Of a stretch of 64,000 nucleotides of DNA, positions 27,467-37,523 are shown one piece after another; position 1 is the first letter of the stretch; every line of letters begins with the position of its first letter. The notes below the pieces were generated by a model that was given only the letters and a program-made list of their open reading frames with translations, did not search any database and was not told the origin of the DNA. Made by a program: the position numbers and the translations under genes. Origin of the DNA: Clostridium sp. (lineage in GTDB: Bacteria; Bacillota; Clostridia; Oscillospirales; Ruminococcaceae); contig JAMPFN010000006.1 of the NCBI GenBank assembly GCA_023664445.1, positions 176 through 64,175 of the forward strand, in the 5' to 3' direction.

Positions 27467-29296
27467 TTATTGCAGTTCATTACGGATAAAATCATATAAC
27501 TCCTTTGCAATATCTGTTCCAACGCCTGCCGACTTGGCAAGTTCCTCAACGGAAGCATTTTTCAGATTCGCAACAGTTTTATATTTTATCATGAGCTTTT
27601 GCGCTTTTTTTTCACCTATTCCTTTTACCTGTGTAAGCTCAAAATTAATGCTTTTTTTCGTATGCTTTGATTTCATATAAGAAATCGAAAACCTATGGAC
27701 CTCATCCTGTATCTTTGTCATAAGAATAAACGCAGGTTTGTTTTTTGAAACCTCGATCTCTCCGCCGTCTGTCGAAATAGCTCTCGTTCTGTGCTTACTG
27801 TCTTTCACAAGCCCATATATAGGCACATTCAGATCATATTCCTTCAATGCATTTTTTACAGCGCTTACATGTCCCTGACCGCCGTCAAGCAGAATAAGAT
27901 CAGGAAGCTTTGAAAAGCCTTCGTCTTCCCCCTTGAAATATTCGTTAAAGCGTCTTTTCAAAACCTCCTGCATGCATGCGTAGTCATTCTGCATCGCACT
28001 TTCCTTTATTGAAAATCTCTTATATGCTTTTTTCAGCGGCCGACCGTTTTCAAACACGATCATTCCCGCAACCATTGACGACGACGAATAGTTTGAAATA
28101 TCGTAGGATTCTATATACATCGGCGGTTTTTTCAGTCCCAGTATCTCTCCCAGTTCTTCAAGCGCTTCCACTTCCCTGCCGGTACGATTATTTTTGATCG
28201 AAATATACTCCTCGGCATTTTTCTTTGAAAGCATGACGTATTTGAGCATATTGCCTTTTTTTGGAAAAAAGAATCTGATATGCTTATCATACTTTTCATT
28301 AAGAGCCTTGTTGACAATATCAGAATTTTCAAATTCCGACTCAAAATAAATACTTTTCGGACATTTTGAAGCATTAAAATAATACTGCAAAACAAATGAT
28401 TCCATGAGATTTTCTTCATACTCATTAATTGAAAAGAAAAACGTGGTTTTATCATAAAGCCTGCTGTCGCGGTACATAAGAACAGATATACATGATCCGG
28501 CAGGACTTTTCACAGACGCGACGATATCGCAGTCACCCATATTAAGATCGAGTATCTTCTGCGTTTCATTTGATTTTGAAATAGCCCTTATCCTGTCCCG
28601 TATCTGTGCCGCACGCTCAAAATCAAGATTCTCAGCAGCCTGTTCCATCTGAAAACGCAGATTTTTTATTGACGATTCGCTTCCGTTTTTTATATATTCC
28701 ACAGCCTGACCGATCAGATTTCTGTATTCCTCACAGGTTATATTTCCATTGCATACGCCTATACATTGATTTATATGAAAATTCAGACAGGGACGCATTT
28801 TCTTCTGTTTTTCCGAAAATTTGTTTTTGCATGTCGGAAGCTTAAAAAGCTTATTCACTTCTTTTACAGTCTGAGTAGCTATAAACGAGCTCATATAAGG
28901 ACCCAAATACGTTCCCGTTTTATCGTTCTGCTGCTTTTCGGCGGTTATACGCGGAAAAACATCGTCGGATATCTTAATATAGTGATATCCCTTATCGTCC
29001 TTTAAGAGAATGTTATATTTAGGCTTATGCTGTTTTATAAGACTGCATTCAAGAAGCAGAGCCTCATACTCGCTGTCAGTCACAATAAAGTCGTAATCAT
29101 GGACATTCTCTACCATTTTCGCGACCTTCGGCGTATGGTCGGGATTGCTTCTGAAATAGCTTGTAACTCTGTTTTTGAGATTTTTTGCTTTCCCGATGTA
29201 AATTATCTCACTATGCTTATCCTTCATAAGATAAACGCCCGGAGAAGAAGTCAGTTTCAGTGTTTTTTCCTGCAAATAAGGTAATCGCTGATTCAT
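27467..29296 (-). CDS. uvrC: excinuclease ABC subunit C
   Basis: GIY-YIG (PGVY, IYIGKAKNLKNRV), UVR domain, ESYDIS, LLDGG and HhH (VKGIGEK). Confidence 0.96.
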   Translation of the reverse strand: MNQRLPYLQEKTLKLTSSPGVYLMKDKHSEIIYIGKAKNLKNRVTSYFRSNPDHTPKVAKMVENVHDYDFIVTDSEYEALLLECSLIKQHKPKYNILLKDDKGYHYIKISDDVFPRITAEKQQNDKTGTYLGPYMSSFIATQTVKEVNKLFKLPTCKNKFSEKQKKMRPCLNFHINQCIGVCNGNITCEEYRNLIGQAVEYIKNGSESSIKNLRFQMEQAAENLDFERAAQIRDRIRAISKSNETQKILDLNMGDCDIVASVKSPAGSCISVLMYRDSRLYDKTTFFFSINEYEENLMESFVLQYYFNASKCPKSIYFESEFENSDIVNKALNEKYDKHIRFFFPKKGNMLKYVMLSKKNAEEYISIKNNRTGREVEALEELGEILGLKKPPMYIESYDISNYSSSSMVAGMIVFENGRPLKKAYKRFSIKESAMQNDYACMQEVLKRRFNEYFKGEDEGFSKLPDLILLDGGQGHVSAVKNALKEYDLNVPIYGLVKDSKHRTRAISTDGGEIEVSKNKPAFILMTKIQDEVHRFSISYMKSKHTKKSINFELTQVKGIGEKKAQKLMIKYKTVANLKNASVEELAKSAGVGTDIAKELYDFIRNELQ

Positions 29297-29317
29297 TTTT
29301 CTCCTCCGTTCAAATTA

Positions 29318-29481
29318 TTAGAACTTGTATTCATAGGTTTTACGCACATCATTTCGCAAATTTTGTTGCTGAGCTGCGTCATTTTTTTGCAATACGCAAG
29401 TATTCCTGCGAAAAAATTCTTTGTCATCATCAAAATTATGCCGGAAAATCCGTACATAATCCCTATGAACACAAGCTCTCA
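29318..29481. mobile_element. ~165-bp MITE, family 1
   Basis: TIRs GAACTTGTATTCATAGG / CCTATGAACACAAGCTC, flanked by TTA and TCA. Interior is homologous to 51852..52017. Overlaps the TGA stop of the acyl-CoA synthetase. Confidence 0.75.
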
Positions 29482-31146
29482 ATTTATAAAACTGTCCTTA
29501 AGACGTATTTCTTTTCTCTTGATTTTTCCGCTTATTGTTTTAGGAAGCTCCTCTACATATTCGACAATTCTCGGATACTTATACGGAGCTGTCACTCTTT
29601 TTACGTGATCCTGTATATCCTTTGTAAGCTCTAAGCTTGGCTCGTATCCCTTAGCGAGAACGATAGTAGCCTTAACGACCTGTCCTCTGATCGGGTCGGG
29701 AGCGGATGTAACGGCGCATTCTACCGCTGCCGGATGCTCGAGTATTGCGCTTTCGACCTCAAACGGTCCGATTCGATATCCTGAGCATTTGATAACATCG
29801 TCGTTTCTGCCCATAAACCAATAATATCCGTTTTCATCTGTTACGGCAACGTCGCCCGTATCGTAATATTCCCCTAAAAGGATCTCGTCGGTCATTTCTT
29901 TATTATGGTAATATCCCGTAAAAAGTCCGACCGGAGGATTTCCCTTGACGTCATATACAACAATGACTCCTTCCTCGCCCGGTTTGCACTCCTCTCCCTT
30001 ATCGTTAAGAAGCCTGATATCATAAAGCGGGGCAGGCTTGCCTGTTGAACCGGCTGTCGGTTCGAGCCACATAAAGTTTGCGATCAGCACAGAACCTTCC
30101 GACTGTCCGAAGCCTTCGCGAAGCTTTATGCCCGTGAGCTTATACCAATCGTTGAAAACCTGCGGATTGAGAGGTTCGCCTGCGATACAGCATGTTTTTA
30201 TGCTCGACAGATCAAATGATTTTACATCTTCCTGAAGCATGAAACGGAACATTGTAGGCGGTGCGCAAAATGTCGTGACTTTATATTCGGATATTTTTTT
30301 CAGAAGATTCAAAGGAATGAATTTGTCCATATCGTATGCGAAAATAACCGCGCCGCATATCCATTGACCATATATCTTTCCCCAACCGAATTTTGCCCAG
30401 CCGGAATCCGACACGCTCATATGAAGTTTATTTTCCTGTACCTGCTGCCAATATTTAGCAGTAACAATATGTCCGAGAGGATGCGCAAAATTATGCTGTA
30501 CAAGCTTTGGCATGCCTGTTGTGCCGGAGGTGAAATAAACGAGCATTATATCGTTCCATTTATTTGCTTCCTCTCCCGAAGGACGCTCAAATTCATCGGA
30601 GAATTCGGCAATACGCTCTTCAAAATACTCCCAGCCGTCAATTTTCTTATCAACAACAATTTTGTTTTTAAGACTTGGTATCTCCGGTTCGGCAGCCGTT
30701 ACCTGATCTATTACAAACCGGTCAGGCAGACATATGACCGTCGATACCTCCGCAGCATTTCCTCTGTATACAATATCTTTTTTCGTAAGCTGAAGCGTTC
30801 CCGGGATCAGAACCGCTCCGATCTTGTGAAGAGCTGTTGCGCAGACCCAATATTCCCATCTTCTTCTGAGAATGAGCATTACGACTGTGCCTTTTTTTAT
30901 TCCGATACTCTTGAAGTAGTTTGCCGTACGGTTTGACAGCTTTGAAATATCGGTAAATGTAAACTTTTTCTCTTCACCATGATCGTTACACCACACAAGA
31001 GCAAGCTTTTCCGGTTCTGTTTTCGCCCATTCATCGACAATATCGAATCCAAAATTAAAATTTTCCGGAACATTCACCTTATAATTTTCCTTGAAATCCT
31101 CGTAGCTGTCAAATTCGATGCGAGGCAAATATTTATCCAACAACAT
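29479..31146 (-). CDS. short/medium-chain acyl-CoA synthetase (AMP-binding)
   Basis: YFTSGTTGMPK, GFGQSE, YDTGD, GYRIGPFEVES and PKTISGKI motifs. Confidence 0.9.
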   Translation of the reverse strand: MLLDKYLPRIEFDSYEDFKENYKVNVPENFNFGFDIVDEWAKTEPEKLALVWCNDHGEEKKFTFTDISKLSNRTANYFKSIGIKKGTVVMLILRRRWEYWVCATALHKIGAVLIPGTLQLTKKDIVYRGNAAEVSTVICLPDRFVIDQVTAAEPEIPSLKNKIVVDKKIDGWEYFEERIAEFSDEFERPSGEEANKWNDIMLVYFTSGTTGMPKLVQHNFAHPLGHIVTAKYWQQVQENKLHMSVSDSGWAKFGWGKIYGQWICGAVIFAYDMDKFIPLNLLKKISEYKVTTFCAPPTMFRFMLQEDVKSFDLSSIKTCCIAGEPLNPQVFNDWYKLTGIKLREGFGQSEGSVLIANFMWLEPTAGSTGKPAPLYDIRLLNDKGEECKPGEEGVIVVYDVKGNPPVGLFTGYYHNKEMTDEILLGEYYDTGDVAVTDENGYYWFMGRNDDVIKCSGYRIGPFEVESAILEHPAAVECAVTSAPDPIRGQVVKATIVLAKGYEPSLELTKDIQDHVKRVTAPYKYPRIVEYVEELPKTISGKIKRKEIRLKDSFIN

Positions 31147-31191
31147 TTTAAAACTCCTTTTTAACAAAAAAACGATCCAAACGACTCCCGA

Positions 31192-32472
31192 TTATTTAAT
31201 ATGATCAAGGGCTTTCTGTCCGATATCCCTCCTGAAATGCATATCATTGAATTTTATGGAATCGACTCCCCTATACGCCTTGTCAAGAGCCGCTTTCAGG
31301 TTATCCGCAGCAGCCGAAACGCCTATAACACGTCCGCCTGACGTTACAAGCTTATCGTTTTCAAGCTTTGTTCCCGCATGATATACAAGATATCCGTCAA
31401 GCTGTCCCTTATCGTCAAGACCGCTTATCTCGTATCCTGACTTGTATTTTACCGGATAACCGCCGCTCGCAAGTATAACGCATGCGCAGCAGCCGTTTTT
31501 CCAATCGATATCAATAGTGTCAAGCTTTTCGTCAATGACGGCGTCAAAGATATCGGCAAGATCGCTTTCCAAAAGAGGAAGAACCACCTGCGTTTCCGGA
31601 TCGCCGAAACGGCAGTTATATTCGATGACCTTAGGTCCGTCGGGCGTGAGCATAAGACCAAAATAAAGGCAGCCCTTAAACTTTCTGTTTTCAGCGTTCA
31701 TCGCCTTTATTGTTGGCATAAATATCTCATTCATACATTTTTTTGCAATTTCATCGGTATAACACGGATTCGGAGCGACAGTTCCCATACCGCCCGTATT
31801 AAGACCTTCGTCATTGTCGTTAGCTCTTTTATGATCCATTGAAGATACCATGGGTCTCACCGTATTACCGTCTGTAAAGCAAAGCACCGATACTTCCGGA
31901 CCTGTCAAAAATTCTTCTATAACAACATTAAGACCGCTGCTGCCGAAGATCTTATCCTCCATTATGGAATTAACGGCTTTTTTGGCTTCTTCAAAATTCT
32001 GTGCAATAATAACGCCTTTGCCGAGCGCAAGACCGTCCGCTTTTACAACAACGGGATATTTATTTTCATTGTCTATATACGCGATCGCTGCTGCGGAATC
32101 GTCAAAGACCTCGTATTTTGCGGTAGGAATACCGTATTTTTTCATAAGATTTTTTGAAAAGACCTTGCTTCCCTCAATTATAGCCGCCGACTTATCAGGT
32201 CCGAACGCCCTTATTCCGTTTTCATTGAGCGCATCGACCATGCCGAGTACAAGCGGATCATCGGGCGCGACAACTACCATATCGACAGACAGTTCCTTTG
32301 CAAGCTTCACAACTCCGTCGATATCGGTCGCTTTAACGTCGAAGCACTTTGCGTATTTGGCGATTCCGCCGTTTCCCGGAGTGCAGTAAAGCTTTTCTGT
32401 TTTAGGACTTTCGGCAAGCTTCATTATAATGGCATGCTCTCTGCCGCCTCCGCCAACTACAAGTATATCCAT
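31192..32472 (-). CDS. purD: phosphoribosylamine--glycine ligase
   Basis: VGGGGREHA, KADGLALGKGV, NTGGMG and EYNCRFGDPE motifs. Confidence 0.96.
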   Translation of the reverse strand: MDILVVGGGGREHAIIMKLAESPKTEKLYCTPGNGGIAKYAKCFDVKATDIDGVVKLAKELSVDMVVVAPDDPLVLGMVDALNENGIRAFGPDKSAAIIEGSKVFSKNLMKKYGIPTAKYEVFDDSAAAIAYIDNENKYPVVVKADGLALGKGVIIAQNFEEAKKAVNSIMEDKIFGSSGLNVVIEEFLTGPEVSVLCFTDGNTVRPMVSSMDHKRANDNDEGLNTGGMGTVAPNPCYTDEIAKKCMNEIFMPTIKAMNAENRKFKGCLYFGLMLTPDGPKVIEYNCRFGDPETQVVLPLLESDLADIFDAVIDEKLDTIDIDWKNGCCACVILASGGYPVKYKSGYEISGLDDKGQLDGYLVYHAGTKLENDKLVTSGGRVIGVSAAADNLKAALDKAYRGVDSIKFNDMHFRRDIGQKALDHIK

Positions 32473-32483
32473 AGAATTTCTCC

Positions 32484-33662
32484 TTAATGATGAAACAATC
32501 TCATTCCTGTGAACGCCATTGCCATATTGTATTTGTTGCAGGTTTCAATAACATTGTCGTCCCTTATCGAACCGCCGGGCTCTGCAATATATGAAACGCC
32601 GCTTTTTTTAGCTCTTTCGATATTGTCGCCGAACGGGAAGAATGCGTCCGAGCCAAGGCATACGCCGCTATTCTTTTCAAGCCATGCTCTTTGTTCTTCC
32701 TTAGTAAATACAGGCGGCTTTTCCTTGAATATTTTCTGCCATGCGCCGTCTGCAAGAACGTCCATATACTCGTCGGAGATATATACGTCGATAGCGTTAT
32801 CCCTGTCGGGACGGCGTATATCGTCAACAAATTTCAGTTCAAGTACCTGCGGCGCTTGTCTTAGCCACCAATTATCAGCCTTATTTCCTGCAAGTCGGGT
32901 GCAATGGATTCTCGACTGCTGTCCTGCGCCGATGCCGATAGCCTGTCCGTCCTTTACATAGCATACGGAATTTGATTGAGTATATTTCAGAGTTATAAGC
33001 GAGATAACAAGATCGCGCTTCTTATCGTCAGGGATATCCTTGTTTTCTGTAACAACATTTGCCAAAAGCTCGTTATCGATAACAAAATTATTTCTTCCCT
33101 GTTCAAACGTAATGCCGAAAACCTGTTTTGTTTCGATCTCCTCGGGAACGAAATCAGGGTCGATCTTTATAACGTTATACGTTCCCTTACGCTTTGATTT
33201 GAGTATCTCAAGAGCATCGTCGGTATAATCGGGAGCGATAATTCCGTCCGAAACCTCTCTTTTAAGCATAAGAGCGGTCGCCTTGTCGCAGGTATCGGAA
33301 AGCGCAACAAAATCTCCGTATGACGACATTCTGTCGGCGCCCCTTGCCCTCGCGTAAGCGCATGCCATAGGCGAGAGTTCTCCTAAATCGTCGACAAAAT
33401 AAATTTTTTTCAAAGTATCGGAAAGCGGAAGTCCGACTGCCGCGCCCGCCGGTGAAACATGCTTGAATGAAGCCGCAGCGCACAGACCGGTCGCCTTTTT
33501 CAGTTCCTTTACAAGCTGCCAGCCGTTAAACGCGTCAAGAAGATTGATATATCCCGGTTTCCCGTTAAGCACCTCTATCGGAAGCTCGCCGTTCCCGACG
33601 TAGATCCTTGAAGGCTTCTGATTAGGATTGCAGCCGTATTTTAAAAGCATTTCTGATGACAT
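32484..33662 (-). CDS. purH: AICAR transformylase (PurH C-terminal type, lacking the N-terminal IMP cyclohydrolase domain)
   Basis: LKYGCNPNQ, SFKHVSPAG, KYTQSNSV, GQQSRIHC and SDAFFPF motifs; only 392 aa. Confidence 0.9.
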   Translation of the reverse strand: MSSEMLLKYGCNPNQKPSRIYVGNGELPIEVLNGKPGYINLLDAFNGWQLVKELKKATGLCAAASFKHVSPAGAAVGLPLSDTLKKIYFVDDLGELSPMACAYARARGADRMSSYGDFVALSDTCDKATALMLKREVSDGIIAPDYTDDALEILKSKRKGTYNVIKIDPDFVPEEIETKQVFGITFEQGRNNFVIDNELLANVVTENKDIPDDKKRDLVISLITLKYTQSNSVCYVKDGQAIGIGAGQQSRIHCTRLAGNKADNWWLRQAPQVLELKFVDDIRRPDRDNAIDVYISDEYMDVLADGAWQKIFKEKPPVFTKEEQRAWLEKNSGVCLGSDAFFPFGDNIERAKKSGVSYIAEPGGSIRDDNVIETCNKYNMAMAFTGMRLFHH

Positions 33663-33673
33663 GATTTTTCTCC

Positions 33674-34390
33674 TTATTCATTAACATTACGAAATTCGTC
33701 TGTGGTCTTTCCCGTAGAAAGATTGATATACCTTACAAAAAGCGACACTTTATTATTTTTATCAAGGCTCTGCCAAAGACCGTCTGTAAAATCCTTTATT
33801 CCGCCTTCGACAGCGACAAGTTTAGGTTCGCCTTCAAAGCTCGGGAGCGGATCTCCGTCGCCCATGTAGGTGTGGATAAAGTGACCTTCGCCATGAATGG
33901 GATTATTGTATGTAAATGTAAAACGGTTGCAGGATTCGGGATTTCCGTTCGCACTTTTCAAAATCGACAGCGCGTAGTTGAAGCTTTTACCCGGGTCTAT
34001 TTTCGCAATTCCCGAAATTCTCGGCGTGTAGTTAGGCTTATCCGGTTCAAATTCTCTCGTTCTGAGAGCCTGTTCAAAAGTCATCTGATTGTTCATCATA
34101 TCATAGATAGTATCTGTCTGATCGCCGTTTGTAACAATAGTCTTGTTGCCCAAAACTCTCACAGGCGAATATATTATAAGGCTCGGATCTGTAAGCTTTG
34201 TTGGGTCGAACGCCTGTGTCCTTATGCCGTTTCCGTCTTTAACAAATATCCTGTTACGGCTGTTCTCGCTTCTGCCCATTATAAAATACGCGATCACAGC
34301 GTGGTTTCCGCCGTTGGACTTACCGATAATAATACCTCTTCCGGGGTAACTGTTTGAACTTAGTTCTTTTTTTATGTCGAGTTTTTCCAT
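33674..34390 (-). CDS. stand-alone IMP cyclohydrolase-like protein (PurO-like)
   Basis: YPGRGI, GRSENSRNR, VTNGDQTD and TPRISG motifs; position inside the pur operon. Confidence 0.8.
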   Translation of the reverse strand: MEKLDIKKELSSNSYPGRGIIIGKSNGGNHAVIAYFIMGRSENSRNRIFVKDGNGIRTQAFDPTKLTDPSLIIYSPVRVLGNKTIVTNGDQTDTIYDMMNNQMTFEQALRTREFEPDKPNYTPRISGIAKIDPGKSFNYALSILKSANGNPESCNRFTFTYNNPIHGEGHFIHTYMGDGDPLPSFEGEPKLVAVEGGIKDFTDGLWQSLDKNNKVSLFVRYINLSTGKTTDEFRNVNE

Positions 34391-34402
34391 AGCACTGTCC
34401 TT

Positions 34403-35035
34403 TCATTTCACATAAGCTTTACCGTCAATAATTTCAATTTTATCCTGACAAAAAAGCGAAACCGCCTCGGGAAGTATTTTCCACTCCGCCTGTTCCATAA
34501 TTCTTTTTTGCAGACTTTCCGGAGTATCGCCGTTTTCAACATTTACAGCCTTTTGGAGAATTATAGCTCCTGCATCCGCCTCCTCATTCACAAAATGAAC
34601 GGTAGCGCCGCTTACCTTTACTCCGTAGTTCAAAGCAGATTCGTGTACTTTAAGTCCATAATATCCCTGACCGCAGAATGACGGTATCAGCGCAGGATGA
34701 ACATTTATTATCCTATAAGGAAAAGCTTTTATTATCTGTTCTCCCAATATAGTCATAAATCCGGCAAGCACAACAAGATCGGCTTTTTCCTCGATCAGAG
34801 CCGAAAGTACAGCGTCGCTGTAGCTGTAGCTACTTTCAAATTCCCTTCTCGGGATAACTCTCGCGGGGATATCGTTTTCTTTTGCACGTACAAGCGCGTA
34901 AGCGTCATCTCTCGACGAAATAACGCAGGAAATTTTACCGTTTTTGATAATACCGCTTTTCTGCGCATCAATAAGCGCTTGAAGATTGGTTCCTCCGCCG
35001 GAAACAAGCACAACTATTCTTTTTAAATCCGTCAT
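34403..35035 (-). CDS. purN: phosphoribosylglycinamide formyltransferase
   Basis: SGGGTNLQA, LAGFM, INVHPALIP and GATVHFV motifs. Confidence 0.95.
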   Translation of the reverse strand: MTDLKRIVVLVSGGGTNLQALIDAQKSGIIKNGKISCVISSRDDAYALVRAKENDIPARVIPRREFESSYSYSDAVLSALIEEKADLVVLAGFMTILGEQIIKAFPYRIINVHPALIPSFCGQGYYGLKVHESALNYGVKVSGATVHFVNEEADAGAIILQKAVNVENGDTPESLQKRIMEQAEWKILPEAVSLFCQDKIEIIDGKAYVK

Positions 35036-35055
35036 ATAAAACTCCATTTCGCATA

Positions 35056-36090
35056 TCAGCTGATTATAACGCCCTCGTCGCCCTCGGCAAGTTCCCCTAA
35101 AATATACGCTTCAACACCCGAAGCGTTGAGTATCCCGACCGCCTTGTCAGCATCGTTTTTATCTACAGAAACAGTCATTCCGACGCCCATATTGAACGTA
35201 TTGAACATATCTCTTTCAGGAATGTGACCCGTTCTCGCAATAAGCTCAAAAATAGGAAGTATCTGAACGGCGGATTTTTCGATCTTTGCGGAAAGCCCGT
35301 TCGGAAGCGAACGCGGAATATTTTCATAGAATCCGCCGCCTGTGATGTGGGACACAGCATTTACGTTTACCTGCTTTAACAGCTCGAGCACAGGCTTGAC
35401 ATAGATCTTTGTTGGTGTAAGCAGGCATTCGCCTAAAGTAGTTCCCAAATCGGAAAAATGTCTTGCAAGAGTCTGTTCATTTACCGTGAATATCTTTCTT
35501 ACAAGTGAAAATCCGTTTGAATGGACTCCGCTCGACTTAATTCCGATAAGAATATCGCCTGCCTTTTGATTTTCCGGCTTCAATATCTTATCCTTATCGA
35601 CTACGCCGACCGAAAATCCAGCAACGTCATACTCGTCGACAGGATAAAATCCGGGCATTTCAGCCGTTTCGCCTCCGACAAGAGCGCAGCCTGCCTCAAC
35701 GCAGCCGTCCGCGATACCTGAAACTATCTCCGCAACCTTTTCCGGATAATTCTTCCCAACGGCAATATAATCTAGGAAAAACTGTGGCGCGGCGCCGCAG
35801 CAGATTATATCGTTAACGCACATAGCAACGCAGTCAATACCGATAGTATTATGCCTGTCCATAAGGAAAGCGATCTTGAGCTTTGTGCCGACTCCGTCCG
35901 TACCCGATACAAAAACAGGCTTATCGATACCTGTAAGATCGGGTTCAAACAAACCGCCGAAGCCGCCTATTCCGGTAAGAACGCCGCTTGTGGAAGTTCT
36001 TGCAACGTGCGATCTCATCAATTCAACAGCCTTATATCCGGCGGTTACGTCAACGCCGGCTTTTTTATAGCTTTCTGAAAAACTTTTCAT
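35056..36090 (-). CDS. purM: AIR synthase
   Basis: [30 protein letters not shown] and FNMGVG motifs. Confidence 0.96.
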   Translation of the reverse strand: MKSFSESYKKAGVDVTAGYKAVELMRSHVARTSTSGVLTGIGGFGGLFEPDLTGIDKPVFVSGTDGVGTKLKIAFLMDRHNTIGIDCVAMCVNDIICCGAAPQFFLDYIAVGKNYPEKVAEIVSGIADGCVEAGCALVGGETAEMPGFYPVDEYDVAGFSVGVVDKDKILKPENQKAGDILIGIKSSGVHSNGFSLVRKIFTVNEQTLARHFSDLGTTLGECLLTPTKIYVKPVLELLKQVNVNAVSHITGGGFYENIPRSLPNGLSAKIEKSAVQILPIFELIARTGHIPERDMFNTFNMGVGMTVSVDKNDADKAVGILNASGVEAYILGELAEGDEGVIIS

Positions 36091-36096
36091 TAATTT

Positions 36097-37518
36097 TTAT
36101 TCTCCTATTTTTCTTTCAAATTTATCTTTTGGCATTTCCTTAGGAACTTCTATCGGATATTCGCCCGTAAAGCAGCCCGTACAGAAGCCGCATCCCGCGC
36201 CCTCCGCTATTTTCTTTACCCCGTCAACGCTTAAATATCCGAGCGAATCCGCGCCAATCTCCTCTGCGATCTCGTCAACAGTCATTTTACAGGCAATAAG
36301 ATTCTCCTTGCTGTCGATATCAGTTCCGAAATAACAGGGATTGGTAAACGGCGGACTGGAAATGCGCATATGAACCTCTTTTGCGCCGGCTTCTTTTATA
36401 AGACTGACAATTCTTGCGCTTGTCGTACCTCTGACGATACTGTCGTCTATAAGAACCACTCTTTTTCCTTCCACAACATCTTTGATGACATTAAGCTTTA
36501 TTCTGACAGAATTAGAACGCTGCGACTGCGTCGGCTGAATAAATGTGCGTCCGACATATCTGTTTTTTATAAAACCGACTCCATAGTGTATGCCCGAGGC
36601 TCTTGAAAAACCGAGCGCAGCGTCAAGACCGCTGTCGGGAACGCCTATAACGACATCGGCTTCAACGGGATGCTCTTTCCAAAGTATCTCGCCCGCTTTA
36701 AGCCTTGCATTGTGAACGCTTACATTTTCAATGACCGAATCGGGTCTTGCAAAATAAACATACTCGAACACGCACATAAACGATTTATCACCGCAGTGCG
36801 TTCTGATAGACCTGATACCGTCAGAATCGACAACAACTATTTCTCCAGGCTCGACATTGCGGACAAATTCCGCGCCGATGCTGTCGAGAGCGCACGTTTC
36901 CGAAGCAAACACAACGCCTCCGTCCTCGGTTTTTCCCATGCATAGCGGTCTGAATCCCTGAGGATCTCTTGCCGCAATAAGCTTTTTGGGCGACATTATA
37001 ACAAGCGAATACGCTCCCTTGAATTTGTACATCGCCTGTTCAAGCGATTTTTCTATGGACGGCTGAATAAGCCGCTGCTCGGTTATCGCGTATGAGATAA
37101 CCTCGGTATCGTTTGTATTATGGAAAATCGCGCCTTTCAGCTCGTACTTCTCACGCAGCTCCCTTGCATTTACAAGGTTTCCGTTATGCGCTATCGCAAG
37201 CGGTCCTTTTATATGCCTTACAACAAGCGGCTGAGCGTTTGAGCGATTTGATTTTCCCGTAGTCGAATATCTTACGTGACCGACGGCGATATTACCCAAA
37301 CCAAGCTTTTTTATCTGCTCTTCATCAAAAACCTCCGGCACAAGTCCCAAGTCCTTATGGTATGAGAAAACGCCCTTATCGTTTACAACAATGCCGCAGC
37401 TTTCCTGTCCTCTGTGCTGCAAAGCGTAGAGAGCAAAATAAGTCTGTGCGGCGACATCCTCCGCAGCATTGGAGTAGATCCCGAATACGCCGCATTCTTC
37501 ATGCAATCCTGTCAGCAT
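36097..37518 (-). CDS. purF: amidophosphoribosyltransferase (canonical, glutamine-dependent)
   Basis: Propeptide-EE-CGVFG with Cys1, QHRGQ, GHVRYST, HNGN, DDSIVRGTT and Fe-S Cys residues. Confidence 0.96.
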   Translation of the reverse strand: MLTGLHEECGVFGIYSNAAEDVAAQTYFALYALQHRGQESCGIVVNDKGVFSYHKDLGLVPEVFDEEQIKKLGLGNIAVGHVRYSTTGKSNRSNAQPLVVRHIKGPLAIAHNGNLVNARELREKYELKGAIFHNTNDTEVISYAITEQRLIQPSIEKSLEQAMYKFKGAYSLVIMSPKKLIAARDPQGFRPLCMGKTEDGGVVFASETCALDSIGAEFVRNVEPGEIVVVDSDGIRSIRTHCGDKSFMCVFEYVYFARPDSVIENVSVHNARLKAGEILWKEHPVEADVVIGVPDSGLDAALGFSRASGIHYGVGFIKNRYVGRTFIQPTQSQRSNSVRIKLNVIKDVVEGKRVVLIDDSIVRGTTSARIVSLIKEAGAKEVHMRISSPPFTNPCYFGTDIDSKENLIACKMTVDEIAEEIGADSLGYLSVDGVKKIAEGAGCGFCTGCFTGEYPIEVPKEMPKDKFERKIGE

Positions 37519-37523
37519 TCAAA

